A DNA stretch of 64,000 bases from Macrostomum lignano (taxonomy: Eukaryota). Where the stretch lies: the NCBI GenBank assembly GCA_002269645.1, contig NIVC01002720.1, forward strand, positions 82,878 to 146,877, read 5' to 3'. The notes under the pieces were generated by a model. The model searched no databases. It was not told the origin of the DNA and saw nothing but the letters and a program-made list of their open reading frames with translations. Numbering within the stretch: position 1 is the first letter of the stretch; every line of letters starts with the position of its first letter. The position numbers were made by a program, and so were the translations under genes. Positions 1 to 14,500 of this stretch are shown here, in pieces.

Positions 1-1160
1 ATAACAGCGGCTTAACCCGAGGATCTGTGATAACAGCGGATTAACCTGAGGATCTGGGATAACAGCGGATTAACCTGAGGATCTGGGATAACAGCAGATT
101 AACCTGAGGATCTGTGATAACAGCGGATTAACCTGAGGATCTGGGATAACAGCGGATTAACCTGAGGATCTGGGATAACAGCGGATTAACCTGAGGATCT
201 GGGATAACAGCGGATTAACCTGAGGATCTGGGATAACAGCAGATTAACCTGAGGATCTGTGATAACAGCGGATTAACCTGAGGATCTGGGATAACAGCGG
301 ATTAACCTGAGGATCTGGGATAACAGCGGATTAACCTGAGGATCTGGGATAACAGCGGATTAACCTGAGGATCTGGGATAACAGCGGATTAACCTGAGGA
401 TCTGGGATAACAGCGACTTGACCTGAGGATCTGGGATAACAGCGGATTAACCTGAGAACCTGGGATAACAGCGGATTAACCTGAGGATCTGGGATAACAG
501 CGGATTAACCTGAGGATCTGGGATAACAGCGGATTAACCTGAGGATCTGGGATAACAGCGGCTTGATCTGAGGATCTGGGATAACAGCGGATTAACCTGA
601 GGATCTGGGATAACAGCGGCTTGACCTGAGGATCTGGGATAACAGCGACTTGACCTGAGGATCTGGGATAACAGCGGCTTGATCTGAGGATCTGGGATAA
701 CAGCGACTTGACCTGAGGATCTGGGATAACAGCGGCTTGACCTGAGGATCTGGGATAACAGCGGCTTGACCTGAGGATCTGGGATAACAGCGGCTTGACC
801 TGAGGATCTGGGATAACAGCGGCTTGACCTGAGGATCTGGGATAACAGCGGCTTGACCTGAGGATCTGGGATAACAGCGGCTTGACCTGAGGATCTGGGA
901 TAACAGCGGCTTAACCTGAGGATCTGGGATAGCAGCGGATTAATCTAAGAATTTGGGATAACAGCGGCTTGATCTGAGGATCTGGGATAACAGCGGCTTG
1001 ATCTGAGGATCTGGGATAACAGCGGCTTGATCTGAGGATCTGGGATAACAGCGGATTAACCTGAGGATCTGGGATAACAGCGGATTAACCTGAGGATCTG
1101 GGATAACAGCGGATCAATCTAAGAATCTGGGATAACAGCGGCTTGACCTGAGGATCTGGG
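1..1160. repeat. 29-bp minisatellite (GGGATAACAGCGGATTAACCTGAGGATCT) in ACAP intron 4
   Basis: About 40 tandem copies with variant units (GGCTTGACC, GGCTTGATC); continues off the left edge. Confidence 0.97.
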
Positions 1161-1245
1161 AGGATAGCACGACAGCATGGTATCATGATCTGGTAGGAAG
1201 CAGGACACGAATAGAAGCCAATCCAGGGAGCTTGATATCACTCAC

Positions 1246-4200
1246 CTTGGCATTGCCCAGCGCTAGCATGAGCCTCAGCGTGAACGGCTCCCACGTGTCC
1301 AGCGTGAGCGACTTGACCTTGGAGACGTGAACACCCAGAGATCTGTGCACCCCAGAGCAGTCGATGCACACCAGTATGCCGCGATTCACACATGACCAAC
1401 GCGGCTTGTCGGCGCCGCATTCGCAGCAGACGGAATTGCCTGGCACCGATTGGATGAGGCGAACAGCGTCCTGATGCTGCGCCTCCAGCTGACCGGCTCG
1501 TTCAGCGGCCGCTGCGGCCGCGTCAAAGGCGGAGGCTTGATGAGTTGGCTGATTGGAAGATCCCGTAGAAGAAGAATTTACCGACGCCGACGCGTTGCCG
1601 GATTCCGACAATGACTGCAGGCCTTCAGATGCGGAGCCGGGCGTAGAAGGCGAGGTGAGCGTGTTGGAGCGGTGATGCTGCCAGCCGCTCTGCAGGGCGG
1701 TGCACCACAGCAGCAGGTCGGCGGGATTCTCAGCCTGCAACAGGTGAGTCCGCTCGGGCGCGATCAGCTCCAGTACGTAGCGCCTGTCGTCCTGCGGTCG
1801 CGACTTTGCCGTACAGATTCGCAAATCGTCCTCCAGACAGGTGACATCGGAGGCGTCGGTCTTCTTGCAGTAGTACAGGCGATTGTCTTTGATGAAGAAC
1901 CAGCGACGGACCCAAGGCTTGAACTTCTTGTGCGCCTTGCGGAACAGGTAGCCTTCCAGGTTCCGGCCAGTGGGCGACGCGGGCGTCTCCTGCGGTGGGA
2001 ACGTAGTCGGAGAATTGTAGCTGTTAGCAGCCTGTTGGTCAGCTATTAACAGCCTGTTGGTCAGCTATTGACAGCCTGTTTGTCAGCTATTGACAGCCTG
2101 TTGGTCAGCTATTAACAGCCTGTTGGTCAGCTATTGACAGCCTGTTTGTCAGCTATTGACAGCCTGTTGGTCAGCTATTGACAGCCTGTTTGTCAGCTAT
2201 TGACAGCCTGTTTGTCAGCTATTGACAGCCTGTTGGTCAGCTATTGACAGCCTGTTGGTCAGCTATTAACAGCCTGTTGGTCAGCTGTTAACAGCCTGTT
2301 GGTCAGCTATTAACAGCCTGTTGGTCAGCTATTAACAGCCTGTTGGTCAACTGTTAACAGCCTGTTGGTCAGCTATTAACAGCCTGTTGGTCAGCTGTTA
2401 ACAGCCTGATAGTCAGCTATTGACAGCCTGATAGTCAGCTATTAACAGCCTGTTGGTCAGCTATTGACAGCCTGTTGGTCAGCTATTAACAGCCTGTTGG
2501 TCAGCTATTAACAGCCTGTTGGTCAGCTATTGACAGCCTGTTTGTCAGCTATTGACAGCCTGTTGGTCAGCTATTGACAGCCTGTTGGTCAGCTATTGAC
2601 AGCCTGTTTGTCAGCTATTGACAGCCTGTTTGTCAGCTATTGACAGCCTGTTGGTCAGCTATTGACAGCCTGTTTGTCAGCTATTGACAGCCTGTTGGTC
2701 ATCTATTGACAGTCTGTTGGTCAGCTATTAACAGCCTGTTGGTCAGCTATTAACAGCCTGTTGGTCAGCTATTAACAGCCTGTTGGTCAGCTATTGACAG
2801 CGTCACAGCCTGTTTGTCAGCTATTGACAGCCTGTTGGTCAGCTATTGACAGCGTCACAGCCTGTTTGTCAGCTATTGACAGCCTGATAGTCAGCTATTG
2901 ACAGCCTGATAGTCAGCTATTAACAGCCTGTTGGTCAGCTATTAACAGCCTGTTGGTCAGCTATTAACAGCCTGTTTGTCAGCTATTGACAGCCTGATAG
3001 TCAGCTATTAACAGCCTGTTGGTCAGCAATTATTAACCTGTTGGTCCGCTATTAACAGCCTGTTGGTCAGCTATTAACAGCCTGTTGGTCAGCTATTGAC
3101 AGCCTGTTTGTCAGCTATTGACAGCCTGTTGGTCAGCTATTAACAGCCTGTTGGTCAGCTATTAACAGCCTGTTGGTCAGCTATTGACAGCGTCACAGCC
3201 TGTTTGTCAGCTATTGACAGCCTGATAGTCAGCTATTGACAGCCTGATAGTCAGCTATTGACAGCCTGATAGTCAGCTATTGACAGCCTGTTGGTCAGCT
3301 ATTAACAGCCTGTTGGTCAGCTATTGACAGCCTGTTTGTCAGCTATTGACAGCCTGTTGGTCAGCTATTGACAGCCTGTTGGTCAGCTATTAACAGCCTG
3401 TTGGTCAGCTATTAACAGCCTGTTGGTCAGCTGTTAACAGCCTGTTGGTCAGCTATTATCAGTAATGCGTTAGAATACCAGAAAAGCATAAAATTACACC
3501 TGTATTTTACACAGACCGTACAGAGAAAGGCCCTATCGCTAGGCTTGGCAAGTATCAGTTGGCATAAACTCTATGCAAATGTTGGCAGCTGATTTATAAT
3601 CTACCCCCCCCTTCGTCTCTCTGCCACTTTGATTACTGATCTGGATAACCTTCAAACATTTCCTCATGCAGCCTTAGTGCAGATCGATAAAAGCAGATAA
3701 AAATGAATACGCTTAGCTGCAGCGCTCTGCTAGCATCAGTTTTAGCCACATGGCAAAATTCATACTGCAATTTTATTATATAGAATTTCTATATGATGCA
3801 TCACTATATAAACAAGCAGCTTTGTTCTCTATAAATACAATCTAAATGATGAATATTATACGGCAAACAGTTGTAACACGCTTAAATTTCAATGGTTTCG
3901 AAGTCTTCCAACTTGCACTAACTTTACCAACTGGTTGCGCAGATATTGATAATTCACACTTAATTGGAATGTAATTAAATACAATCAAAATTTGTTGAAA
4001 TGATTAAAAATCAATTATTATCATCAGTTAATAGGTAATCACGTATGAAATTCAAGGCTTTAAAATTCAATTAATTCAAAGTACTTACACTTCGACAAGT
4101 CTGCAAAAATATCACGAGAGGATGGTAAATACAGAATCACACAACGTATTGTTCTGAATAGTAATTATAATTATTTTCTAATTAACACCAAAGTTGTCTG

Positions 4201-7200
4201 TTTATTACAAATGGAAGCGTTAATAAAAGTTTTAAGCAAGTGGTTTTAAACACAGAATAAACATGCACTCGATGAACCCAAACACCATAAAGACTTCACT
4301 GCCAATTTGATGGAAGGCTTGGCGAGAATACACAATGTAAACATTCTACTGTATAAGGCTTATGTTTTGTTTTTTATTATACCGTTGAAAATTGGAGCAC
4401 TGATTTTGTGCCAGTATGACGGATAAACACACTGACAGACTCAAAACAAACCGAAACACACAAAGACACACTGACAGACACAAAACAAACCGAAACACAC
4501 AAAGACACACAGACAGAAACAAAGACAAACTAACAGACACAAAGACACACTGAAAGAAACAGACACACTGGCAGACACAAAACATATTGAGACAAAGATA
4601 CAGTGACAGACACAAAGACACACTGACAGACACAAAGACACACTGACAGACACAAAGACACACTGACAGACACAAAGATACAGTGACAGACACAAAGACA
4701 CACTGACAGACACAAAGACACACTGACAGACACAAAGACACACTGACAGACACAAAGACACACTGACAGACACAAAGACACACTGACAGACACAAAGACA
4801 CACTGACAGACAAAAAGACACACTGACAGACACAAAGACACACAGACAGAAACAAAGAGACACTGACAGACACAAAGACAAACTAACAGACACAAAGACA
4901 CACTGAAAGAAACAGACACACTGGCAGACACAAAACATATTGAGACAAAGATACAGTGACAGACACAAAGACACACTGACAGACACAAAGACACACTGAC
5001 AGACACAAAGACACACTGACAGACACAAAGACACACTGACAGACACAAAGATACAGTGACAGACACAAAGACACACTGACAGACACAAAGACACACTGAC
5101 AGACACAAAGACACACTGACAGACACAAAGACACACTGACAGACAAAAAGACACACTGACAGACACAAAGACACACTGACAGACAAAAAGACACACTGAC
5201 AGACACAAAGACACACAGACAGAAACAAAGAGACACTGACAGACACAAAGACAAACTAACAGACACAAAGACACACTGAAAGAAACAGACACACTGGCAG
5301 ACACAAAACATATTGAGACAAAGATACAGTGACAGACACAAAGACACACTGACAGACACAAAGACACACTGACAGACACAAAGACACACTGACAGACACA
5401 AAGACACACTGACAGACAAAAAGACACACTGACAGACACAAAGACACACTGACAGACACAAAGACACACTGGCAGACACAAAGGCATGTGTGAGACACAA
5501 ACATACACCATCATACACCAGACAAAACGAAACACCAGAATACCCAGAGAGACAGAAAATACTATTTTAGCACGATTTTTAAACCGAAAATACTGGCGCA
5601 ACGGTAACCAAGCAGGGATGATGAAGAGAGCTATTCCAGACTCTCACCTGTCGAAGCAGCTCGTGCCGGGTCTCCATTCGACGCAGCTCCGCGTCGGTCT
5701 GGGCCCGAACGTCGCTCATCTGCTGCTGCACGAACTCCATCCAGGGATTGGTGTCGCTTAAAAATGCGGCAGAATTCGATATGCAAGCCTTGTACCTGTC
5801 TACTAGGCGAGCTAAGCAGTCCAATAAGTTCACGTTCTTGCGCACCTGCAAAGGCAAAGGAGGGAAGGAGGCCAACGTTGGATTCGGAGCTGATTGGGAA
5901 TTCAACTGACATGGATTCAGCTGATTGGGAATTCAACTGACATGGATTCAGCTGATTGGGAATTCAACTGACATGGATTCAGCTGATTGGGAATTCAACT
6001 GACATGGATTCAGCTGATTGGGAATTCAACTGACATGGATTCAGCTGATTGGGAATTCAACTGACATGGATTCAGCTGATTGGGAATTCAACTGACATGG
6101 ATTTAGCTGATTGGGAATTCAACTGACATGGATTCAGCTGATTGGGAATTCAACTGACATGGATTCAGCTGATTGGGAATTCAACTGATATGGATTCAGC
6201 TGATTGGGAATTCAACTGACATGGATTCAGAGCTGATTGGGAATTCAACTGACATGGATTCAGAGCTGATTGAGAATTCAACTGATATGGATTCAGCTGA
6301 TTGGGAATTCAACTGACATGGATTCAGCTGATTGGGAATTCAACTGATATGGATTCAGCTGATTGGGAATTCAACTGACATGGATTCAGAGCTGATTGGG
6401 AATTCAACTGACATGGATTCAGAGCTGATTGGGAATTCAACTGACATGGATTCAGCTGATTGGGAATTCAACTGATATGGATTCAGAGCTGATTCGGAAT
6501 TCAACTGACATGGATTCAGAGCTGATTGGGAATTCAACTGATATGGATTCAGCTGATTGGGAATTCAACTGACATGGATTCAGAGCTGATTGGGAATTCA
6601 ACTGACATGGATTCAGAGCTGATTGGGAATTCAACTGACATGGATTCAGAGCTGATTGGGAATTCAACTGATATGGATTCAGCTGATTGGGAATTCAACT
6701 GACATGGATTCAGCTGATTGGGAGTTCAACTGACATGGATTCAGCTAATTGGGAATTCAACTGATATGGATTCAGCTAATTGGGAATTCAACTGATATGG
6801 ATTCAGAGCTGATTGGGAATTCAACTGACATGGATTTAGCTGATTAGGAATTCAACTGACATGGATTCAGAGCTGATTGGGAATTCAACTGATATGGATT
6901 CAGCTGATTGGGAATTCAACTGATATGGATTCAGAGCTGATTCGGAATTCAACTGATATGGATTCAGAGCTGATTGGGAATTCAACTGATATGGATTCAG
7001 CTGATTGGGAATTCAACTGACATGGATTCAGAGCTGATTGGGAATTCAACTGACATGGATTCAGAGCTGATTGGGAATTCAACTGACATGGATTCAGAGC
7101 TGATTGGGAATTCAACTGATATGGATTCAGCTGATTGGGGATTCAGAGCTGATTGGGAATTCAACTGATATGGATTCAGCTGATTGGGAATTCAACTGAC

Positions 7201-9364
7201 ATGGATTCAGCTGATTGGGAGTTCAACTGACATGGATTCAGCTAATTGGGAATTCAACTGATATGGATTCAGAGCTGATTGGGAATTCAACTGACATGGA
7301 TTTAGCTGATTGGGAATTCAACTGACATGGATTTAGCTGATTGGGAATTCAACTGACATGGATTCAGAGCTGATTGGGAGTTCAACTGACATGGATTCAG
7401 CTAATTGGGAATTCAACTGATATGGATTCAGCTGATTGGGAATTCAACTGACATGGATTCAGCTGATTGGGAGTTCAACTGACATGGATTCAGCTAATTG
7501 GGAATTCAACTGATATGGATTCAGAGCTGATTGGGAATTCAACTGACATGGATTCAGAGCTGATTGGGAATTCAACTGACATGGATTCAGCTGATTGGGA
7601 GTTCAACTGACATGGATTCAGCTAATTGGGAATTCAACTGATATGGATTCAGAGCTGATTGGGAATTCAACTGACATGGATTTAGCTGATTGGGAATTCA
7701 ACTGACATGGATTCAGAGCTGACTGGGAATTCAACTGACATGGATTCAGCTGATTGGGAATTCAACTGACATGGATTCAGAGCTGATTGGGAATTCAACT
7801 GACATGGATTTAGCTGATTGGGAATTCAACTGACATGGATTCAGAGCTGACTGGGAATTCAACTGACATGGATTCAGCTGATTGGGAATTCAACTGACAT
7901 GGATTCAGCTGATTGGGAATTCAACTGATATGGATTCAGAGCTGATTGGGAATTCAACTGACATGGATTCAGAGCTGATTGGGAATTCAACTGACATGGG
8001 TTCAGCTGATTGGGAATTCAACTGACATGGATTCAGCTGATTGGGAATTCAACTGACATGGATTCAGCTGATTGGGAATTCAACTGACATGGATTCAGCT
8101 GATTGGGAATTCAACTGACATGGATTCACATGAAATTCATTCAACGTGGATTTAACATAAATTACATAATAGTCAATTCCAATCGTCACTGATGCAAGCA
8201 GTCATAAATTAACCAACCTTTAACTCTTTGATCGCGTGCAAATAGTCCAGACTAGCAATGCAGTACTGGTTGCGATGCAGCTGAGCTAAATTATCCAAAT
8301 CTGTTTCAACTTTAGTACGCGACTGGCCCAGGCTCTTAGCCAGCGAAGCCTCATAATCGTCGCTAGCTTTTTCGAAGGCTTTGGCCAGGTCAGCCAGCGG
8401 CTGCAGCGAAGTGTTAATAAAAGTCTGCATCCTGGTCTGCGTGTCGCGAATTGAAGCCACCAAATCCTGTTTGGGAAGAGTTTTGGCAAATATCAAAGCG
8501 ACAGTCAGTCCTGATAACCTACTTATTCTAATTCCATTGGCTAGCATAAAAGCAGATATTCGCAGGACTGTCCCGCAACCAGCGGTGCAGCCATTCTACC
8601 GATTCGCAGATACTGTACATATAAACACGACAATTTTCGTGCACAAGCATACATGCGCAACAGTCGGCCGAGTCGGCCGACCGATTTGGCGGCCAAACAA
8701 GGAAGTCGCAAAAATGCCCACCCAAAAAATATCCAAGTAATAGTACTAAGTAGCTGACGAGGCATTTTGACTTAATAAGACAGTCATAGTTACTCCTGCC
8801 GTGTACCCAAAGTAGCGTTAATTTTGCTTTACGCTACTTACGCTAGGTTTTTTTTACACGTAAATCGCATTTTTGGCCAAAAACTACGTCGCATTTTGTT
8901 AAAACTAAGTCGCATGGCCGACCGAATTTTGGAGGTTGCGCATGTATGTGCACAAGCCCCAAACACGGAATCGAACGAATCGTTGGTGGCGCGTTTACCG
9001 CTGAGCATCTCTGTCCCGTTTTCAAGCTAAACGCAGGCATACAATTCCTTTTGCAACTGGAAACCAAACCAACCTGAAAATCGTCTTGAAAGTGTTCAAC
9101 AATTTTGACTAGTTTCTTTGACGAACTGGTAACTTTATCGTTGTCAACAAAGGATTCGGTCAGCTCGGTCAGACTGGACGTTAACAGTCCCAGGGAGGCG
9201 GAAAACTGCCTGCCAGCTTCGGTCACTGTGGCTAGAATCGATGCAGTCTTCTGGTAGCGGCACTTAAGCATAGCAACCTCGCGCTCGCTAGCAGCCAGGG
9301 AGTCGCGGAACCGAGGCGTGTCCTTGATACCAGCCTCAAATGTTAGGCTGTTGAGCACTTCCAT
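1246..9364 (-). CDS. ACAP: Arf-GAP with BAR/coiled-coil and PH domains (ACAP/centaurin-beta), 5' part; exons 9364-9074, 8466-8218, 5845-5648, 1989-1246; gene continues beyond the left edge
   Basis: N-terminus [20 protein letters not shown] resembles the ACAP start. Exons 1-3 are helical and BAR-like. Exon 4 encodes a PH domain (LEGYLFRK...[15 protein letters not shown]) and an ArfGAP zinc finger ([46 protein letters not shown]). All four junctions are GT/AG, phase 0 and keep the frame. Confidence 0.9.
2030..3463. repeat. 22-bp minisatellite (CAGCCTGTTGGTCAGCTATTAA/TTGA) in ACAP intron 3
   Basis: More than 60 tandem copies starting about 40 nt from the exon 4 acceptor. Confidence 0.97.
4425..5485. 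repeat. 20-bp AC-rich minisatellite (GACAGACACAAAGACACACT) with higher-order repeats, ACAP intron 3
   Basis: Tandem 20-mers with a recurring variant block (…ctgaaagaaacagacacactggcagacacaaaacatattgag…). It is the source of the spurious CVS-rich ORFs. Confidence 0.95.
5887..8128. repeat. 31/33-bp minisatellite (GCTGATTGGGAATTCAACTGACATGGATTCA[GA]) filling ACAP intron 2
   Basis: About 70 tandem copies occupying about 95% of the intron. Confidence 0.97.
8560..9017 (-). mobile_element. tRNA-derived SINE interrupted by a MITE
   Basis: The minus strand begins GGGACAGAGATGCTCAGCGGTAAACGCG…GTTCGATTCCG (A- and B-box-like), the same head as 22375-22678 and 52720-52990. The body is split by the MITE at 8648-8948. 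The 3' boundary is approximate. Confidence 0.65.
8648..8948 (-). mobile_element. hAT-type MITE (CATACATG family) carrying a 28S rRNA-like core
   Basis: 14-bp TIR CATACATGCGCAAC / GTTGCGCATGTATG; exact 8-bp TSD TGCACAAG (8640-8647, 8949-8956); 28S-like segment at 8745-8808 on the minus strand. Confidence 0.9.
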
Positions 9365-10986
9365 TGTGCAGTAGTTATTAGCTAATGTCAATATTAAAGT
9401 CAATGAATTCAGTGGACAGATTGAGTCACATCTGATTTGATTGGCACAGCAATAAGTATTGGGATGAATATGAGAACATTTGTAATGTGTTACAATATAT
9501 AGGGCTTACTGCAAAAGGAAAAATCAAAAGCATTTTCCATAAATTTTACATGGGTCTTATTTTCTCTATAATAATATATTTGCAATCTCTATATTTGCTA
9601 GAGACTGCAAGGACAGACTGACAACTATCACTTATTTGCTGAATAGGGTCAATGCCAAAGTTAACATGTTCTATGTTGCATCGCATTTTTGAGCTACAAT
9701 TTTAGACCTCTGTGTTGCATGTCTGTAGGCTTTCTACACTTATTCTAATAGGGATATCCATATACCAATAACAAATGTAGGCTTTGGCATACAAATTTGT
9801 ACTCAAGCTTCACATAATGCATACTCAAAGATTATATCAAAATACATTTCCCCACACATGTGATACAACCCTAAGTGTAGGTTTCATAGAGAGGATTTCA
9901 AAGGTTTTTAGTTTCAAAAAAGAAATTAATAGATTTTTACAAAGTTTTAATTGATAAGCTATAGTTTTACCAAGAGAATTTTAATGGATTTTAGTCCTAG
10001 TACTCGACTTTTCTATCTCAACTTCTAATGTTCAACTTCCTTATCTCAACTTCTATTATTCAACTACTATATAATTTTTTAACTTTTAGCTTGTAATTAA
10101 AAAACATACTTTTTGAAAAGGTTAAGCAGACTTTTTGACTTGAAATGTATTATAAAAATGCTATAAAAAACTGAATGGCTGAATTGTAATTTTTTTTATC
10201 ATACTAGGCTTTTTATTTATTGTCTGTTTGCTTATTGACAGTGAACTGAATTGTGTCACAGTGTTAAAATCACAATGTTTAAGCATAGGCCCCCTAGCCC
10301 TATAGTACCAGACTTGATTCAGATTGCTTAACCTTAGTGTTAACTTTAATTAAAACAGATACTGACTTGCCTGAAAAATGGATTATGTCATAACTAGGCC
10401 TAATTTATAACTTTTAGTCAAACTGATTTGGTATAAATATTCAATTATAATAGAAGTACTACAATTTATTTAAAGATTTGAATAGCCTAAACTGCTAATG
10501 CAACAACTTGGGTTTGAATCTTAGTATCATAAATTTTTCATTAAAACTTAAAAGCTTAGCATTTTTTTTTGTTTTATGATACCCATATTTGCATCAATTT
10601 TGCTTTTCAATACTTATGGAAAGTAATCAAAATTGAAATAGACATAGCCATGATTGCAAAAATATTACAATTGTAACTTATTAGACCTAGAGCACAACCC
10701 TTATATTCAGCTTTGTTAGGCCTGTACAATTCTTTAAATGGAGACTTTGTTAATAATATATCATAAAATAAAAGTCAAGGGATAGAAATGAAAATGAGGG
10801 ACAATTTGTTAATATTGTCATATCTATTCCTTTCTAGCCATGGCAGCAAGACACAATTCTCCTGGCTCTTTAAATTTAATAAATTTTTGCTTCCCTATCT
10901 CACTTTTGTTTTACAATGCATTCTTAACAAATTCTCCATTGAGTGAATATAAGGATGATGCTTTAGTAATAAGTTACAATTATACT

Positions 10987-11272
10987 CATATATGCACAAA
11001 CCCCCTGATTTGCACTGGTCATGCGACTTACTTTTTGACCAAAAATGCAACTTACTTATGAAAGAAACCCTAGAGCAACATTAATGCAATTTTGGGTAAA
11101 TGGCAAGAGTAACTATAACTGTTACTCCTAACTGTTACAAGGGCTAAATGCTTCATCATCTAATTAGTACTACATCTGTATTCTTTGGGGTGGGCATTTT
11201 TGCGACTTACCCCTAGTCTACCATAATTTAGTGGCCAGATCGGCCAAGTTGGCTAGCAGTTGCACATGTATG
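10987..11272 (+). mobile_element. hAT-type MITE (CATACATG family), diverged copy with 28S-like core
   Basis: Ends CATATATGCACAAAC … GTTGCACATGTATG; flanks ATTATACT / ATTATATT (7 of 8 match); body colinear with 48200-48467; core at 11094-11168. Confidence 0.8.
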
Positions 11273-11299
11273 ATTATATTTATATAGCATTTATATAAT

Positions 11300-12073
11300 C
11301 ATGGCGGATCCTAGAATATTTGTCAACTTTTTTTATCAACTAAGAGTTGACAAAAATTAATTGGTAGTTGGAATGTTCATCAACTGCCAATAGGAACAAT
11401 GGAATATTTGGCAAATACCAATGAGAAAAGTAGAAGCATATTTTAATAAGTAAATTTATTAAACTTTATTGTTCAATAATTACTTGGCGGAAATTAAACT
11501 TGCCAGCCATACTACATTTTACTTTTTTGTTTTTCACTTCCAACTTTGACAATAATGCAGTAAATATGTCTTTATTGTTTAGATATGTTGTAACCAAGAG
11601 CTGCTACTATATACTGGTTCTAGTAGCACCATTCGGTGCAATTTTTTTTTGGTGCAGTTGTCAATATTGTTGTTCATTCCATGCAAGTAACAACAAAACA
11701 AAACAAAAGAAAATGCATAAGTAGATATATACTCCACAAATCAGTCGCACCTAGCATATTTTCTCTAAATTGTGTTAGACACTGCCAACTCGCGTGCCAA
11801 CTCGCGAGTCATGTACATCTGCTAGCTAGTTCATGCTCAGATTGTAATACACAACAACATTGCACAATTGCAATCAACATATATTGAATACACAATACAG
11901 TGTATGCAATAAAACATATACAAAGGCAGTTCTCTGATGCCTTCAAACTGGCTGTGGAACTTTTGTCAATAGGCAGTGAAAGATTTGGAATATTTGTCAA
12001 CTGCAAAAATGAGGGTTAGAACATTTGTCAACCAAGTTGACAAAAAAGTTGACAAAAATTCCATAAACTATCA
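11300..12073. mobile_element. Degenerate MITE-like element
   Basis: Imperfect terminal inverted repeats, CATG-N10-GAATATTTGTCAACTTTTT versus AAAAAGTTGACAAAAATTC-N10-CATG, plus internal TTTGTCAAC/GTTGACAAA repeats. No clear TSD. Confidence 0.45.
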
Positions 12074-14500
12074 TGGCTATATCTATTTCAATTTTTACAA
12101 TTTTTCATTGGGTAGGCCTATTATATAACAAAATTGATGCAAATAATAAATAGGGCTATAAGCATTATAAAAAAAGAATGCCAAAAGCTTTTATTAAATA
12201 ATTTAGGCCCTATCAAAGACAAGGATTATTGTATTTAATGAGTAAAAGATTATTGCACTTGCACTTATTGATATATTAATTATTGTACTTGATGAGTTAA
12301 GCATTATTGCACTAAATTAGTAAAGGTTTTTGAAATAGCTGAAAAAGTAATTATTGCACTTGTTCTTGCTGAATAATTTTTTCTCCTTACTTAGCTGGCC
12401 AATAGGGGAACTAAATTGCTAGTTTTTACTATTATTATAAATTATATTATAGGGCCTAATACCTCCATAACTCAGTCACATTTAAAATAAAAATTTGGGT
12501 CACTTTGAGATAATGACAATCAGTCCTACTCCCTACGTTAGCTAGGTAGGCAGTTTTAGCGCGTCGCTTTTCCATCTTATTTTCTTCACATTTCTATCTT
12601 AATAAATATACTCAATCAATCAAGGTGAGCTCGTTGTCGTTCAGTAGTAGTAGTAGTAGTTGTAGTATTAGTAGTAAGAATTTGGCTCAGGCAATTAGCC
12701 TGCTTGGCCAATATATTGTATTGCCATAGGGCAATGTATTTGGAGAAATTTTTGAAATTTTTACAGAAGATTCGACGAAATTGTAAAGATAAAGTATTTG
12801 AAAGCGCGCCAGAATTTTTTACGGTATTTTTGGACGAAAAGTGACGACTTTTTTTATAAGAAACCGACAAACTTAAAGTTTTTAAATGAGTGTGAATATG
12901 AATATGGATGAGTATAAATATGAGTACAAAAATAAGTACGAATTATTGCTTTGATTACGAGATTACGAGATAAGGTACGAATGAAGTTCGAACAAAAAAT
13001 CGAAAAGAAAAAAATTGATGTAGACCAGTTTTAAAATGATCGCGAATAAGAATAACGATAAATAACCGTATTTTATGTCAATATATCAATGCATATATAA
13101 CCGTGTTACCGTATTACAATAGCATTTAAATATTTGTGTTACCTGTTAAATAAATTGTTTTAACATTTGTAAATAATTAAGAGTATGCGAAAGGGTATGC
13201 GTAATTCGTAAAAATGCATAGAGAAGTTTTGAAAGGCTAACATTTGACGCACAGAAAAGCGGGAAAAAAGACAAAATAGCGCCTCAGAGAACGAAGAAAT
13301 GCAAACAGATAGCACCCAGGAAGAGAAAGCAATTCATGATATCAACAAAAAGAGGAAAGTAGAGAACAAAGATTCCCTCTTATCATAGTTTCGGGTATTT
13401 AAAGAACCAATTAATCAATTAATATTAATAATCTAGTCAAATTTGTGCCAAAAAGAGTTGTTAAACGCCTGAAAAACACTAAGTGTTTTAGGAATTTTAA
13501 GCGTGAACTTAAGAATAAATGTACAAAAATAAAATAAATAACCTGATTTTGGAATGCCAAAAGTGATTCTTAAGGGTTGTTTGTCATTGTTTAACAAAAT
13601 TCCTTGGCGCGTTTGTTAAAGGGTTAATTTTAACGAGCAGTTTAAATTAATATGGCTTCCATTTTCCATGCGGGTTATTTTCCGTTACGTTTTGATTTCT
13701 TGGTTCCTAGTCAGTTTGTCATCTGCCATCATTGTCGTGATCTTCATCTAGTGTTTCTAATACCCCACCTCGATTCGAGTCACTTAGGCTAGTGATTTTA
13801 ATTAGCGTGCACTAACTATGAAGGGAGTCAGTTCATCAGACCTCAGTCAATGTTAATTTCTAATTCCAAGGGAATTATTGCGGAAATTTGTGTATATTAG
13901 GCCTACACTAAGGGGGCTATAAATTAGGTAAATGAAGGTTTTTTATAAAAAATATATTTTGAAAGACTTGACGTCTATTTTTGGCAATTTCTCTTCTAAT
14001 AGTGGATAAAGAAGGATCCAGATTTCCAGTTTTAGTTTTGTGTAGGCCTATATCATTATCATTGCCATTATTGTTGTTTTGTCTATGTATGTTACAAAGC
14101 CTGAAAGCCAAGACAAGAATTGTTATCTACCATTTCACTGATTTGTTGATAACAAAGTATTATAAGTAGGCCTATTCAGCTATTAGTATTTGATAATTTA
14201 GTATTTGGTATTTATAAGATATTTCTAAACTAAAGTCATTTTATAGCCATAGGCCTATCATATATATTTACAAGGTTACTTTGCTTAGCCCCATTCTAAT
14301 CCTAATCAATTCTATAATCCTAGTTTATATCAATAGTAAAATAACTTTGAAAGTTTGATTTTTTCTTTTTATATCTTCAATCTTTTTATAGGCCTACTTA
14401 TTGTTAACCTATGCCTATAGCTTCAATTTAATTTAGATCATGGCAATGATAACATATATTTTTTACAAAAATTTAAAGATATAGAGCCTAGGCCTATAAG

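Noticed and set aside
1-1160. Repeat unit contains GGGATAACAG(CG), as in mitochondrial 16S rRNA and the I-SceI site
   Set aside because: The match is only 10-12 nt and the flanks do not extend, unlike the 64-nt 28S match in the MITEs.
4346-5601. Long Cys/Val/Ser-rich ORFs on the minus strand
   Set aside because: They are translations of a stop-free 20-bp intronic minisatellite.
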